Shown piece after piece: positions 11,619-23,856 of a DNA stretch of 64,000 nt (within the stretch, counting starts at the first letter, position 1; each line of letters starts with the position of its first letter). Under the pieces are notes generated by a model. The model made no database searches. It saw nothing but the letters and a program-made list of their open reading frames with translations, and was not told the DNA's origin. Where the stretch lies: contig CM060734.1 of the NCBI GenBank assembly GCA_030704615.1, forward strand, positions 18,104,001-18,168,000. Reading direction: 5' to 3'. Position numbers and translations under genes: made by a program. The stretch is from Takakia lepidozioides. Lineage: Eukaryota > Plantae > Bryophyta.

Positions 11619-14600
11619 ATGTCTACACCAAAATATGCATTGTTTTCATGTCCACCTGATGCAAAAGTGGTTCGTTATCCTTGCAATGGAAACAAGTGCA
11701 TTATCCCAGAACCTTGGTTATGCAATAGATTCAAACTTGTTCCGGGTTCAGTTTTTTTGGAGGATGATGGAGATGATGATGCCTCCACAGTGTTGCTTCC
11801 AGTTTTCAATGACGGCCAAAAGCAATGGGAGTTGTTTCCAGACACTTTCTCCAAGTACCGTGTCACAGGTACGAGCTATACACAGTCACATGATGAGAGA
11901 CACACTTCTATTACAAGAAAGAACGATCAAGCTGCAACAAATGGGAGTTGTAAATTGAAGGAGGAGGTTGCAGATTTGGCGAGCTTGGGGTCTCATAATT
12001 CGGATTGTGTTGAGGTTTCTAAGAATGTATTTTGTGGATCTCAACCTTCTTCATCTGCTCATACGGTCTTGCTTCATGACATGAAGCCTCGGAAAACTCC
12101 ATTGGACAACACCACGTTTGATTGTTGCGAATCTGCGAGGGGTTTATCTTCATCTCCACGACTAGCAGGGGAGGCTACATCTGCATTTCCTTCTGGTGTG
12201 TTGTCCATTTTGAGTATCTTGGCCACTGCTCGGAGGAATGGATCAAAAGGAGAGCTTTCTACCTTGGACTATAGTCACATTCTAGTGCATCGTGCTTGGT
12301 GTCTTCCTCGAGCTTTTGATGGAAAAGTGATCCACGAACTCCCCCCCATGGTCAAACTACGTACGGACCGTGGTTCGCAGTCCCTCCAAGGCATGGACCG
12401 CAAGTTTGATGGTCATCCTTGGTGCAAGACCAATACCTACAATATGTTTGGTGTTCCAGATCATGTGAAATGTAGTAAGGTTCTTTGTGTTGGAAAGCTC
12501 ATATGTCAAAGCAGCACTTGCCCCTTCTTCAAGAAAGAAGGAGAACAGAATGACCGCTATTGGGAAGGCAATGCAGACAAGGTGTTCATTGCAGGAGCCC
12601 AAGTTCCATTCAACCAGTTCGAGTGTAGTTTCTACAAAGAAAGACCTTTCTGTGAGGCGCATTGTGGGGCAAGAATGTACTATGTCACAAGTTCCCTTCC
12701 AACATATACACGTGTTGCAGTTCACGTTGGGTTTCATAACCATCCATGTGCCAAGGGCGAGAATAGAGAGGCTGCGGAAAATGCATCAAGCATGATTCAA
12801 GAGCACGTTAAGATGAAGCCATGGTTGACCCCAGGAGCCATTTCCTTGTCAATGGCCCAGAAGCTCTTGATTGATCGAGTTCTTGTGGCTAATGGCACAG
12901 AGACAGTTTGTCTTGAGGGAGAGGCTTTGGAAGATATTCTTGAAGAGTTTGCCCATGTTTGTAGCCCCAATGTGAAAAACAAGGTCGCATCTGCACGTGC
13001 CAATTCCATCATGTCCATATTGGAGTTGAAGCGTCTGAGTACATACCATTTCATTCACAGCAATCTCCTTCCAGGCCAGCATACTTCTCATCTCCCCCAT
13101 GTTTTCAAGATGTCTGTTGCTGGTCCCGGGAGTGGTGTTGATCTTGTGCATCGCATGAGTGAGGGGGATCTACGCACAAGTTGGGTAGTATTTGACCATG
13201 TCAAACGCATTAAGGATTGGACAACTCTTGCGTGTCATGTCTATGAACCATATGTCAAGCGAATGATGACCATTGCCATTTGCGATATGAATACAGAGGA
13301 TGCAGATGCTCAGGTGTTATTTCTGGGAGATGATCAATGAACAAGCAAAACTTGCTGGCTTGAACAAACCAAATTTTGCTGGCTTCATGGCGGATGCAAC
13401 AGGAGCGAATTGGGCTGCTGTTCGAAGGGTTTATGGATTTGATCCCAATGTCCCAATGGAAGGTAAAGAAAGAACATGTTTATATCATTGGGCTGAAAGC
13501 CTCCGAAGACACACCAACGACTATATCTTGGAGGACTTCCGTGAAAGGCACACTCAGCTCTGTTATGAATGGAAAGATAGTGCTACCTTGGAGGATGCTA
13601 CAACCACATACATTGCAATTCGGGCTTGGTGGCTCTCTTCAAGAGCATGCACAGAAAAGAGTCTGCCAAAACTGGATTCATGGCTTGCATGGTGGCACTA
13701 TAGATATCGAATGTGGGGCCAATGGATGAGAGAGGACATGGATGTGGAGGCAGATGCAGATATGCCTACCACTAATTTGTCTGAGGCAGTCCATTCTGCT
13801 TGGTGGAAGACAGCAGGCAATGGGAAAAAAATGAAGGTGGATCTATATGAGGCCACCATGCATGACATGTCACGAGCTCTTTTGCAGCAGGCAACATTTT
13901 ACAGGCACACCACAGGAAAGACATGGGGGATGGGGCCCGACAAAGAGGAGCTCATGTTGCGTCAAGCAGCTAGATCTAATAGCCCAGCAAAAATGGGTAA
14001 GGTTGTACGTGGCATAGTAGCTGGAACACCCATGCACACAAGGGGGGTTCAATTGGAGGGAGACAATCGCACTGTTCCAGTCAAACGCAAGTTAGGCGAT
14101 GAGCATGGTGGGCCAAACAAGTCTTGGAGGTGTGATATGAATGTAAAGACCGTGCCATCCTATTACTTGGGAAAACCGGGTATACCTAACGTGTGGCCTG
14201 TGAAGGCTGGAACCAACCTTACACAAGAAGAGGTGGACAACTTGACCCTTGCAGGTTTTCGACTAGTCCATCCTCCCAACGTTCCTGATCCAAACTTTCC
14301 TGTGGGACCACTTCCAGTGGAACAACATATTCATCAAGGTGTTGTCCTTCCTGTGGGTAAGTATCCCACTACACGCTATGGGGTGCGCATTCGGCGTCGG
14401 GATCCGACTCCTCGACACTTGAGTCGCCAAGAGTCAGCGGAGACTCTTATTGCTGAGGTTTGTGGATTCAGAAACGTGCCTCAGCCAGGTTATGGGAGAA
14501 TTTACCAGCTACAAACAGAGGGATCTACCAGAGCAGGATGGGTTTACAATGTATACATTGGTCAGTTTCCATCTTGTGATTGTCCCGACTTTGATGAGCT

Positions 14601-14715
14601 ATCTGTCAAGAAGAAAAAACAAACATATCTACCTTGTAAGCACATGTACTTCACATACAACGTGCATCTAGGATGCGCCGGGGCTTATGAGATCCACCAA
14701 CCTTCCCTTAGCTAG
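11619..14715 (+). pseudogene. MULE-type DDE transposase with N-terminal GCM/WRKY-like zinc DNA-binding domain and C-terminal SWIM finger; one frameshift near 13320
   Basis: ORFs 11619-13340 and 13300-14715: DGHPW..CVGKLIC..C..CGAR..HVGFHNHP; FDHVKR (D1); GFMADATGANWAAVRRVY (D2); CLYH (CxxH); TTNLSEAVH (E); CDCPDF..CKH (SWIM). Confidence 0.88.
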
Positions 14716-15829
14716 CTAGAGGTTAGGGCTATGCTAAAGAAGGACCCTAGTTCAACTTCTTAGTGACACATGAAATGCACAAAAAAAGAACCTCTAACTT
14801 GTGCCGTTCATTTTCATGCATGTGACATGTAATTATCTTGTTACTACTTTATTCCAAACATGACACATAGCATTTGTTAGTACATAAGTTCATATTTTGG
14901 TTAAAATGGAACTTGTGTACCTGTCATACAAGTTTTCAAATTATAGAACTGCTTGGCATTACAAATAGACATGCAATGTGGTGGTTCCAAACATGACACA
15001 TATGCATTTGTTAGTACAAAAGTCCATATTTTGGTTAATATGAAACTGTTTTCCTTGAATACAAGTTTGCAAACTATTACTTTGGCCAGGGATCTTGTAT
15101 TCTCTTCAGTTTAAGGTGGTGCATTAGTTGGAGTTAGGGATTACATGCATCTTTGACCATTGACTACTGATTTTGTTAGCTAAGATTATTATTTTTTTCT
15201 ATATACATATGATGTAACATTTGCATATGCAATAAATACGTTGTATTCTATGTTATATAACTCCACTGCATACAATCTACAATGTGTGCATACAAATTTG
15301 GCACATGCATATATAATAAGGGATTTTGTGCATGCATACACGCAACCTGTGCATATGGAATAGCAACCCCCAACGGGAGCACGTAGCTTCCGCGTTAGCC
15401 TGCACTACAAGGCAACCCCCTCAGTAGCGCAATTATAGTACGCGCACGCGCCAGGTGCGCACTAGCACGTGAACTCCCAAAGAAGGCACAAGTTTCCTTG
15501 CCGGCCCTTGGATGGGAGTCACCCGATTTCGGCGCTGCGCAAACACACGATTAATCCAATTTACCTCTCGCACTTTTGTAAGTTAGCATGCATTCTACAC
15601 ACTAGCCAACCATACCATGCATCACCACTCCAAACAAAATAGGAAGCACAACATTTGGAAACCATTTCATTTATGAACAAAATTTGTACAACACAAGTTT
15701 TTGCAATCGGATTCCCGAGATAGCTAAGCCGGACTAAGCATGCATTTCCTCCCCCACGATCCAAGGTTGATGTCACCATCAACGCTTCTTCCGCTTTTGA
15801 GGTCGCCCTTCGAAAGCTGCAACCGCCTC

Positions 15830-18800
15830 GGATGCGTTTCTCATTTCTGAGGCTCGTACCCAAGTTGTCTCCACTTGATGATAGCCTTTCTATTTCACAA
15901 GATACTCTGTTTCTTGATTCTTGAACTTCCTCGACTTAAGCACTGCCTCCACCTCGTACTCAGGTTTATTTTCACGATCCAACAGCACAAGTGGCAGATG
16001 CAACACTTGATGCCGATTCGGACGCACTTCATCTTTGAAATAAGGCTTCAAAAGAGAAACGTGGAATACCGGATGCACCTTGCTATCTACCGGCAGCTCC
16101 AATTCATACACATCCTCATTCATAACCTTCCGGATGCGAAAGGGCCCCGAATACAGAGGTACGAACTTCGGACTCACTTCCGGAGGTAGTCAAAAATTCT
16201 TGATGTTCAACCAGACCTCCGTGCCTACCTCAAACTTAACTTCTCTTCGCTTCCGATTCGCCTGCCGTTCATACCGTTTCCTAGCTTTGGCGATGTTGTA
16301 CTTTGCGAGCTCCAACAAACGCTCGTGTTCTTCCAACACCGCTGCTGCTGCCGGCTCCTCACCGTCCTGGGCGGCCCAACTTGTCGGCACCAGTGGTGCT
16401 TTTCCATAGATCAATACGAAAGGGGAAGCTCCCGTTGCGGAGTGTTCTGTGTTATTATAATAGAACTCTACTGCATCCAAGTGCTCCACCCAGTCCGACA
16501 AGTCTGCTGACACATAATTCCGCAAGATCTGCTTCACCACGGAGTTCACTCTTTCCGTTTGGCCTCTGTTGTAGGTCGGAAGGCCGTGCTCACCTTGAGC
16601 CTCGTCCCCATCTTCTTCCAAAGTGCCCTCCAAATTTACTTGTAAACTTTGGATTGCGGTCCGAGACAATATCCTTCGGGAGCCCATGATGCTTGAAGAC
16701 GTGGGTGTAAGTAAAGTTGCCCCGTCTCCTGCGCCATTGCCGTATCCTTGGTGGGGATGAAATGGCCCATTTTACTGAACCTATCCACCACCACCATGAT
16801 TGCATCGAATCCTTTTTACAGCGATGAAATCCATCGATACACTTTCCCAAGACCCCTCTGGAATCGGCAAAGGTTGTATCAGCCCCGTTTGTTTTTTGTA
16901 TTCGTTCCGGTTTTGCTGGCATGTGGTGCAATATGTCTTGACATACTCCTCGGCCTCCTCCTTTAGTTTGGGCCAGAAATACTCTTTCTTCAAGAGTGCC
17001 GCGGTGCGCTTGGCTCCGCCATGGCCCACAAGCGGGCCATCGTGGCATTCTCTCAAGAGAACATCTCTGAGCCCTCCCTTCGACACGTAGAGGCGCTTTT
17101 GCTTGTACCAGAGCAGTCCTTATGCAAGTGGAACTGCGACTTAACCCCCAGCCTCAAGTCCCGCAATATCGACTTTGCGAACTCATCCTTCCGATAGGCC
17201 TTCCGAATTTTCTTTTGCAACTCCGTCTTGCCCTCGTACACCAACATGAGCTGTTGCTTTCTACTCAGAGCATCAGCCACCACATTGTCCCGTCCCGGTT
17301 TGTACTGGATATCCACGTCGAACATTGTCAAAGTGCCTTGCCACCTAATTTGTTTTGGGGACAACTTATGCACCGCGACATTGTCCATGAACACCTTCAC
17401 CGGGTTGGAACCAACATAGTGGCGCCAAAGCTCAAGGCAATGCACCGCCGCCTTCATTTCTTTCTCATGCGTGGGCCACCATCGCTCCACTTCATTCAGT
17501 TTCTAACTTTTGTAAGCCATTGGACGTCCATCCTGCATCAGCACACCCCCAATGGCGAAGTCTGACGCATCCGTGTGAATCTCGAATGGACGGTCGAACT
17601 CCGGGATCTTCAAGTTTGGAGCTTCCGCCATCCGCTGCTTCAACTCGGCAAAAGCTTGGCCACAAAAAGTGTTCCATACCCATACCTTGGACTTACACAA
17701 AAGGTCTGACAGCGGCCCCGCAATCTTGGTGAAATTTCTCACATACTTTCGGTAGTAGGAAGCGAGTCCCAGAAAGGATCGCACTCCCGGGACCGAAGTC
17801 AGAGGTTCCCAGTCCAAGATCGCCCTCACCTTTTTGTCATCCATTTTGATCCCATCCTGTGTAATCACAATGTACATGCCCTATGAACTCCACTTTCATG
17901 ACCCCGAATTCGCACTTTGAAGCTTTGGCATACAGCTTCCCTTCCCGCAATTTTTGGAACACCCTTTTGAGGTGCTCCAGGTGCGCTTCCTTTGTTTTCG
18001 AGTACACCAAGATGTCGTCGATGTACACGATCACAAAGTCATCCAACCACTCCTTAAAGAGGCAGTTCATCAGTGTGCTACAGGTTGCTGGCGCGTTGGT
18101 GAGCCCAAAAGGCATCACTAAAAATTTGTACGAACCATACCTTGTCCTGCAAGCTGTCTTTTCCTCAACTCCTTCCGCTATCTGGATCTGGTGGTAGCCT
18201 GAGCGTAAATCGATCCGGCTGAAACACTTTGCTCCTGCCAACTGATTGAAGAGGTCGTCGATCCTTGGCAAAGGGTACCAGTTTTTTTTAGTCACCTTAT
18301 TCAGAGCCCTGTAATCGACACACATCCGCAGCGTCTTATCCTTTTTATCTACGAATAGTACCGGGGCTCCGTAAGGTGACTTACTTGGCCGGATGTACCC
18401 CTTTGCCATTAGTCCTTGAGCTGGGCCTTTAGCTCAACCAACTCTCTGTGGTTCAACCAGTAGGGCGCCTTGGCAGGCGGCTCTGATCCCGGCACCACCT
18501 CTATTTTGTGGTCAACTCTTCTTTGCGGTGGCAAGCCGCTTGGTAAATCCTCTGGCATCACATCCTGGTATTTCTCCAGGATCCCCTGGATCCAATCTGG
18601 GCTTGGCTCCCTATCGACTTCTCCTTCCACTTGTCTCACGTAAAGCAAAAACTGGGGGTCGTGTGGCTCCTCCACGGCCCACCCCGTTGTTGTCAGCAAG
18701 TTTATTCGGCCTCCCACTCGGTTGGGCGTTTCCGACACCCGTAAAACTTTGCCACCATTCCCACACAGTAGCGTGACTACTCTCTTGCGGCCATCTATGA

Positions 18801-18842
18801 CCGCTCCGGATTTTCTCAAAAATATCATCCCCAAAATGAGAT
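15830..18842 (-). pseudogene. Chromovirus pol (PR C-terminus, RT, RNase H, integrase, chromodomain), multiple frameshifts
   Basis: ORFs 18409-18909, 17837-18409, 17503-17877, 17053-17490, 16781-17086, 16190-16687 and 15890-16177 carry consecutive Gypsy motifs. Confidence 0.92.
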
Positions 18843-19736
18843 TTTTCACCGCTGGTTTATGACTTAGACAAAATAGGCTCTCAACTCTATAGCCCATTTT
18901 CCAAGACATGCAACAGAGGTTGTCCGATGGTATGCCTTCTGAAATGATTACAGAGTAATCGTTTGAAAGATAGCTAACCCCCCGGTAGTCATATGAATCA
19001 ACATTTTGGCAAGTTGCTTAATCTTATTAATTAAGTCCAACCCGCAGTCTCATCGGCTAAAAAGGTCTTAGTCGGAAAGGCTGGAGCCTCTTTGTTCATA
19101 CAATTATACAGTATTCAAGACAACAAGATCTATTCTGAGATGATACACATTCTCACCATCTCACGTTCTCTCATAATGCACATTCTCTCCATCTCGCATT
19201 CACTCTACACAGAGATACTTGGAATAACATGGCTTTACTTCAGAGTTCATCACATCATAACATAAGTACATATCGAATCACTCTGAGTCCACTAGATACA
19301 CACTGATCACTGATACCTTCTAAGTTGCGTGCAGCCCTTTTATACTATGCTCGAAAGAGCCGTTACAGCCTGGAGTCATTAATGACCGTTGCCTAACTGC
19401 CTACACAACCTAAAGGGTTTGCCAAAAAGTGGCTCGTGGTAGTGGTCGTGACTTGTGGTCGTGTGCCATAGTGGTACACGGTCCACGGCCCTTCACTACT
19501 TCCTCTATGAGTAAAGCCTATGCTACCGTGGCCATGTGATATCGTGGTTCATGGCCCACTGCTGCTACACTACCCACTACTACACCCGTGGTAGTGTACC
19601 CTTGTTCCGCCGTTTGCTAGGTGCCGCGCACTTAGCCTTTTCTGCCCGTGACCGGGTAGTGTAAGCCAATCACTACCCGGTATGTCCCATCGTGACTCTC
19701 GCTGCCTGGCCCTCATAGCTGTGTCATACTTAGCCG
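18843..19736 (-). repeat. 3' LTR of Athila/Tat-like element
   Basis: Near-identical to 26030-26839 apart from an extra ~90-bp segment; PPT adjacent. Confidence 0.9.
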
Positions 19737-21302
19737 CCCCCCCTCTTTTGAAATTGTGTCCACACAAATTCGTCAGTTCCGGTGTTTGTTGTGTCTCTTG
19801 GGGATGTAGGGTGGTGGCATGCATGTCTGCTGGTTAGGAAGTGCATCCCAGGATTGTGATGGTCGTGGTGGCAGCTTCTTGTTTCTGTTGTCATCACTGT
19901 CTGGTTGCTCCTGTGGTTCGTGAGTGGGCCAGCTTTCGTCATCAGGGTGTTCTGCTATTCCGTCCGTGCGTACCATGTCGATTTTGGTGGTCAAGGTTTC
20001 TCGGTAGGTTTGCAGCTCCTCCTTGGTCCAGGGTACAATGTTTTTGGTTGCCCTGCTGTCCACTAACCAGTTAACAGCTCACGTCCCCGTTTCTCTGAAG
20101 GGGTGGTCTTTGTCCAGGACCAATGGTGAAAAGTGGTCTTTCGCCTGGCGCCATGCTTCAGCATATAGTGGTCTGTTCGTCTATGCTGAAGTGCCCGAGA
20201 CTCTCTCTGGTGGCTGGAATTTGGGTAATTCCCAGTGAGTATGCTTGTCAATACTCTCATAGCGCTGCCAGCTTCCCCTCATTGTGACGAACATCCGGTA
20301 CAAGTAGCTGCCAATATAAAAACTTGGGCAGCCCATTACAACGTCTACTATTGGGGTAGGATTAATCTTCAATTGCCCCACTACCTACATGTAAGCGACT
20401 AGCTCCTTGTACTCTAGGGGAGCCTGACGCCAAAATTCAACCAATTCTGCCCCTGACCATGTATCCTCCCTAGCCAGTGGCCTCATCCTGTATCTCAAAG
20501 GTATGAGAGTTTGATTGAGCAGATGCAATTGACCCAATGACCTACAGGGGGTTAAGGCTTTGAATACCTTTTCTAGTACTTATGGGATTTGGTGGGCTGG
20601 AACTATCATCATTTTAAAGTATTCCTCTGAATACTTTAGCCACTCCCCATCCTGCTTACATGGCATGATTTGGAAATCATCCACTGCTACTGAAGTTGAT
20701 GCCACCAGAACACTTGGTAATGGTACGGGATTTACATCCTGAGTAGATGGCCCTGTTGTGGCCTGTACCAGTGCATGTTGACTTGGTGGTGGTTGTGTTG
20801 TTGGTGGTGTTTGTGCTGGTGTTGCTATTGTTGATTGTATTGGTGCTTCCTGTTCATGGTCTTATTCCTCTTGGTCGTCCTCGTTTGTGAGCTCCTCTTG
20901 TTCTGGAATTGGTGGCAGGAATTCCTCGTGAATGTCTATCACCAATTTTGTCAAATGACACTTCATTTGTTTTATCATTGCCCTGTTGAGTTTCTTCAGT
21001 TCTAGCTCACTTCATTCACTCAACCATGCTCGGGGCAAGGCTGCGTCTGCTGCATCCAACCCTGCTTGCAGTGTCAGCTTCTCCAGCTGCTGCTTCAATT
21101 CCTGTTCGTTGTGTAAGACAATTTCTCTCTCTGTGTTGGCTGTGAATAGCCTACTTTCTGCATTTTCCCTTTCTCTCAGCAGTACAGTTCTGCATGAGAG
21201 CCACTTGGTTCCCTAATTTTTGGCAGTCCTTAGCTGCCCCTTAAGTGTATCCACCTGCTCCTTAAGTGTCTGCACCTGTCCTGTGAGTGTTTCCACCTCT
21301 GT

Positions 21303-23312
21303 CTATGTTTTCCGAGATCGCTCTCTTTCTGCATCGAGGTCGGCTTGGACATTGCGTGTTTCATCTCTCTGTCTTTGCCACTTCTGTTCCCACTCGTCTT
21401 GGCGTTCTATTAAAGTGTTGTATTGGCGAAGCAGGGTAGTCTTTTGATCCTCCAATGATGTGATTGTAACCTTGTGGTTACATACTGTTCTTGCTGTCGC
21501 CAATTCCCTCTGGTGTTTTTCTTTGATGTGGTCTAAGATCATGCTAAGGTTCTCCGGGCTTATGTAATCCTTGGCCCTGTCCATGTAGGCCGTTACTTGA
21601 CCCAACGCTTGTATTGCCTGCAGAATTACATTTTGTGGCGTTTCTTCCAAACCTGTGTCCCATGCTGTTGTATCCAGGACCTGCTGTGCGAGTAGTAATT
21701 CCAAATTGGAATTATTGTCTTGTTGCTGCTGACTTTGTGCCTCTTGCACCACCTGCTGTTGCTGCACCACTATGGCTCCCTCCTCTGTTCCTGGTTGTGT
21801 GGCCTCTGCAGGTGTTGTTTGCTGGATTTTGGTGTTAACATGGCCAATTTCCATGGGTGTTGCTTCATTGGTCTGCGGCTGGTCCCCTCCTTCTAGCTGT
21901 TGATTCTCTCTTTCTCTCTGCAATGTGGAATCAGCCGTCGAGTTGTTTTCTGCCATTGCACTCGTGGTTGCTTCGTTGATCCCGGCTCTTTTTGCAAGTC
22001 CGCCCTCTTCTTCCAATTGTTGTGTTTCTTCCTCTTGACCTGCTGCCGTCTCACTTCCTTCCTCCTCCATCGTGTCTGCCTGATGCATGATTCCCAATGT
22101 TGTTTGCTCTTCGGGTGTCAAGTGTACAGTATGTCGAATCATTTGGAGTAACAGGGGAGTAACCATGGTAACCGTTACTTCCTTCTTCTTCTTTGTCAAC
22201 CTGGTTAATTCTTGGGTCAACTTCTTCAATAAGAAGCCTACCCAATTCACGATTTGCCCATTGAGGCAAATCAACACTAGGTATATGAATCCTGCATCCA
22301 GTAATTTCTTGATTTCTTCCCAAACTTTAGCTGCATAGTTGGGGTTTATTCTATAACGGTTCTGACGAATTGGTTTCGTGTCAACTCCCAATTCAATTTG
22401 GTGCTGACAGATGTTGGAAGGTATACCCTTCAAATCTTTGTAGTTCCAGGCAAATACATCCTTGTATTCAATGAATAATGCAGTGGCTTCTTGTAGAAAT
22501 GATTCTTCGAGACCTGCACTTACTCGTATTATCTGTGGTTCTTTCACTGTTCCCATATTCACTTGAATCAATTGAGTTTCTTCCGTTACTGTCCATCCTG
22601 CAATCTCCTGTCCGATGGTTGCAATCGTGGCAGGTACTTCACTGATTTTAATGTCCTCTTCTCTTTCTTGATAAAAACGGGCAGGGTGTTGAGGTGTGTC
22701 CATAGCTTCTTCCTCAGGATCTTCCGTTCTCGGAGTACTCGGTTCTCCTTGGGTGTTCACCATGTGACATCCTACTGTTGTGGTATGTTTGACCACCAAC
22801 TGTGGATGTGCTGCATATACCGTGGCTTCTTCTTCATCCGACAGTCCACTGGACCAGTCATACTCTTCCACTATGCAAGGTCGTTTCTCTCGTGGAATGG
22901 TACCTCGTTGCTTTGTAGTGATAGTGACTTGTTCTGATCCCTTTTTGATCGTGAGAGTCTGACTTCCCCAATCGTGGTGTGATTGGGCTTGTGTTAACCA
23001 TGGTCGGCCAAATAGTAGCGAATCTCCTTCTGCCACATCCTCCATTCTGAGAATGGTTACTGATACTTTGTATACCAGTCCTGCTACTTCCATTGCAAGT
23101 TGTCTGATGATACCCAACGGCTGTACTTTTCGTTGATTGGCCATTTGTACCGTGAATGGAGCAGGTTCCATGTGCCCCAATCCTAGTGACTTCTTCATCC
23201 TCTCTGTCATGATATTCACTCCGGATCCTCCACGATGAGTACATCCGTTACCAGCTTCCGTCCAATACGTACTTGTATTACTGGTATTGCTTCGTCGTAG
23301 TCTGGAGTTCAT
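21303..23312 (-). pseudogene. Fused PR / RT N-terminus / Q,E,T-rich coiled-coil extra ORF of the Athila/Tat-like element
   Basis: GGSGVNIM..LLFGRPWL (PR); FAWNYKDLKGI..KKLLDAGFIY (RT start); abrupt switch near 22280 to an unrelated low-complexity/coiled-coil sequence. Confidence 0.75.
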
Positions 23313-23856
23313 TGTATAGTTGTGGGTTTAATCGTGTAAACTTCTGGTGTTGGTTTTTGTTTTGGTGTAGGGGTCAATGCCTCAATTGCCCGAAATAAAG
23401 TTTTCTTGAAGTGTGGAGCAATTTTTAATAATTGTCCAATGGTAATTTGGGTCTTGGTCTGGCAGATTACTTCAACCAATTCTGTTTCCGTGGTTGCGTT
23501 CGTGGTCTTCGTCGTTGGTCTGATTTGATTATGTGGAGTTGGCTCTCCAGAAGGTATATGGGTTCATTCTTGCATTTGAGCTATGGCTTTGCTTACCTCC
23601 TGGTGTAAGCTCTTTTCTTCCTACCATGCTGCACTTTCTGGATATTGTTTTCGTTCTTCTTCAATCTCCTTATCTGGAGGTTTTTGTTTCTTGGCCTGAG
23701 TTCGGGTTACCGCAAAGGTATCCACTACAGGAGTTACCACACTCACGGCTACACTTGGTCCGGCTTCCATATTTCCCAATTCTGCCTCATGCTTGATTCA
23801 CAACTGGCATTCATGTTTCTAGTGTCCCTCTTTTTGCAATAGTGACATCTTGTGAT

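Larger units (their letters stand above)
4222..15371. mobile_element. Mutator-like (MULE) DNA transposon, ~11.15 kb, with transposase and divergent ParB/methyltransferase-like cargo gene
   Basis: 8-bp TSD AACGGAAG (4214-4221) / AACGGGAG (15372-15379); the uninterrupted site is seen in the homologous Gypsy copy at 34281-34288; degenerate terminal inverted similarity G.GG....CTAT.C.ATATGC.CA; transposase at 11619-14715. Confidence 0.9.

Noticed and set aside
11619-14715. Zisupton/KDZ classification (8-bp TSD + SWIM)
   Set aside because: Catalytic motifs (MAD..A..AV..V, CxxH, TTNxxE) fit MULE/IS256-type DDE better; not confirmed by phylogeny
15372-15744. Start of the chromovirus 3' LTR at 15744
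   Set aside because: TGTCGC...GCGACA inverted termini, the PBS-adjacent copy and the TSD define the LTR as 2989-3709; this stretch is 3' UTR
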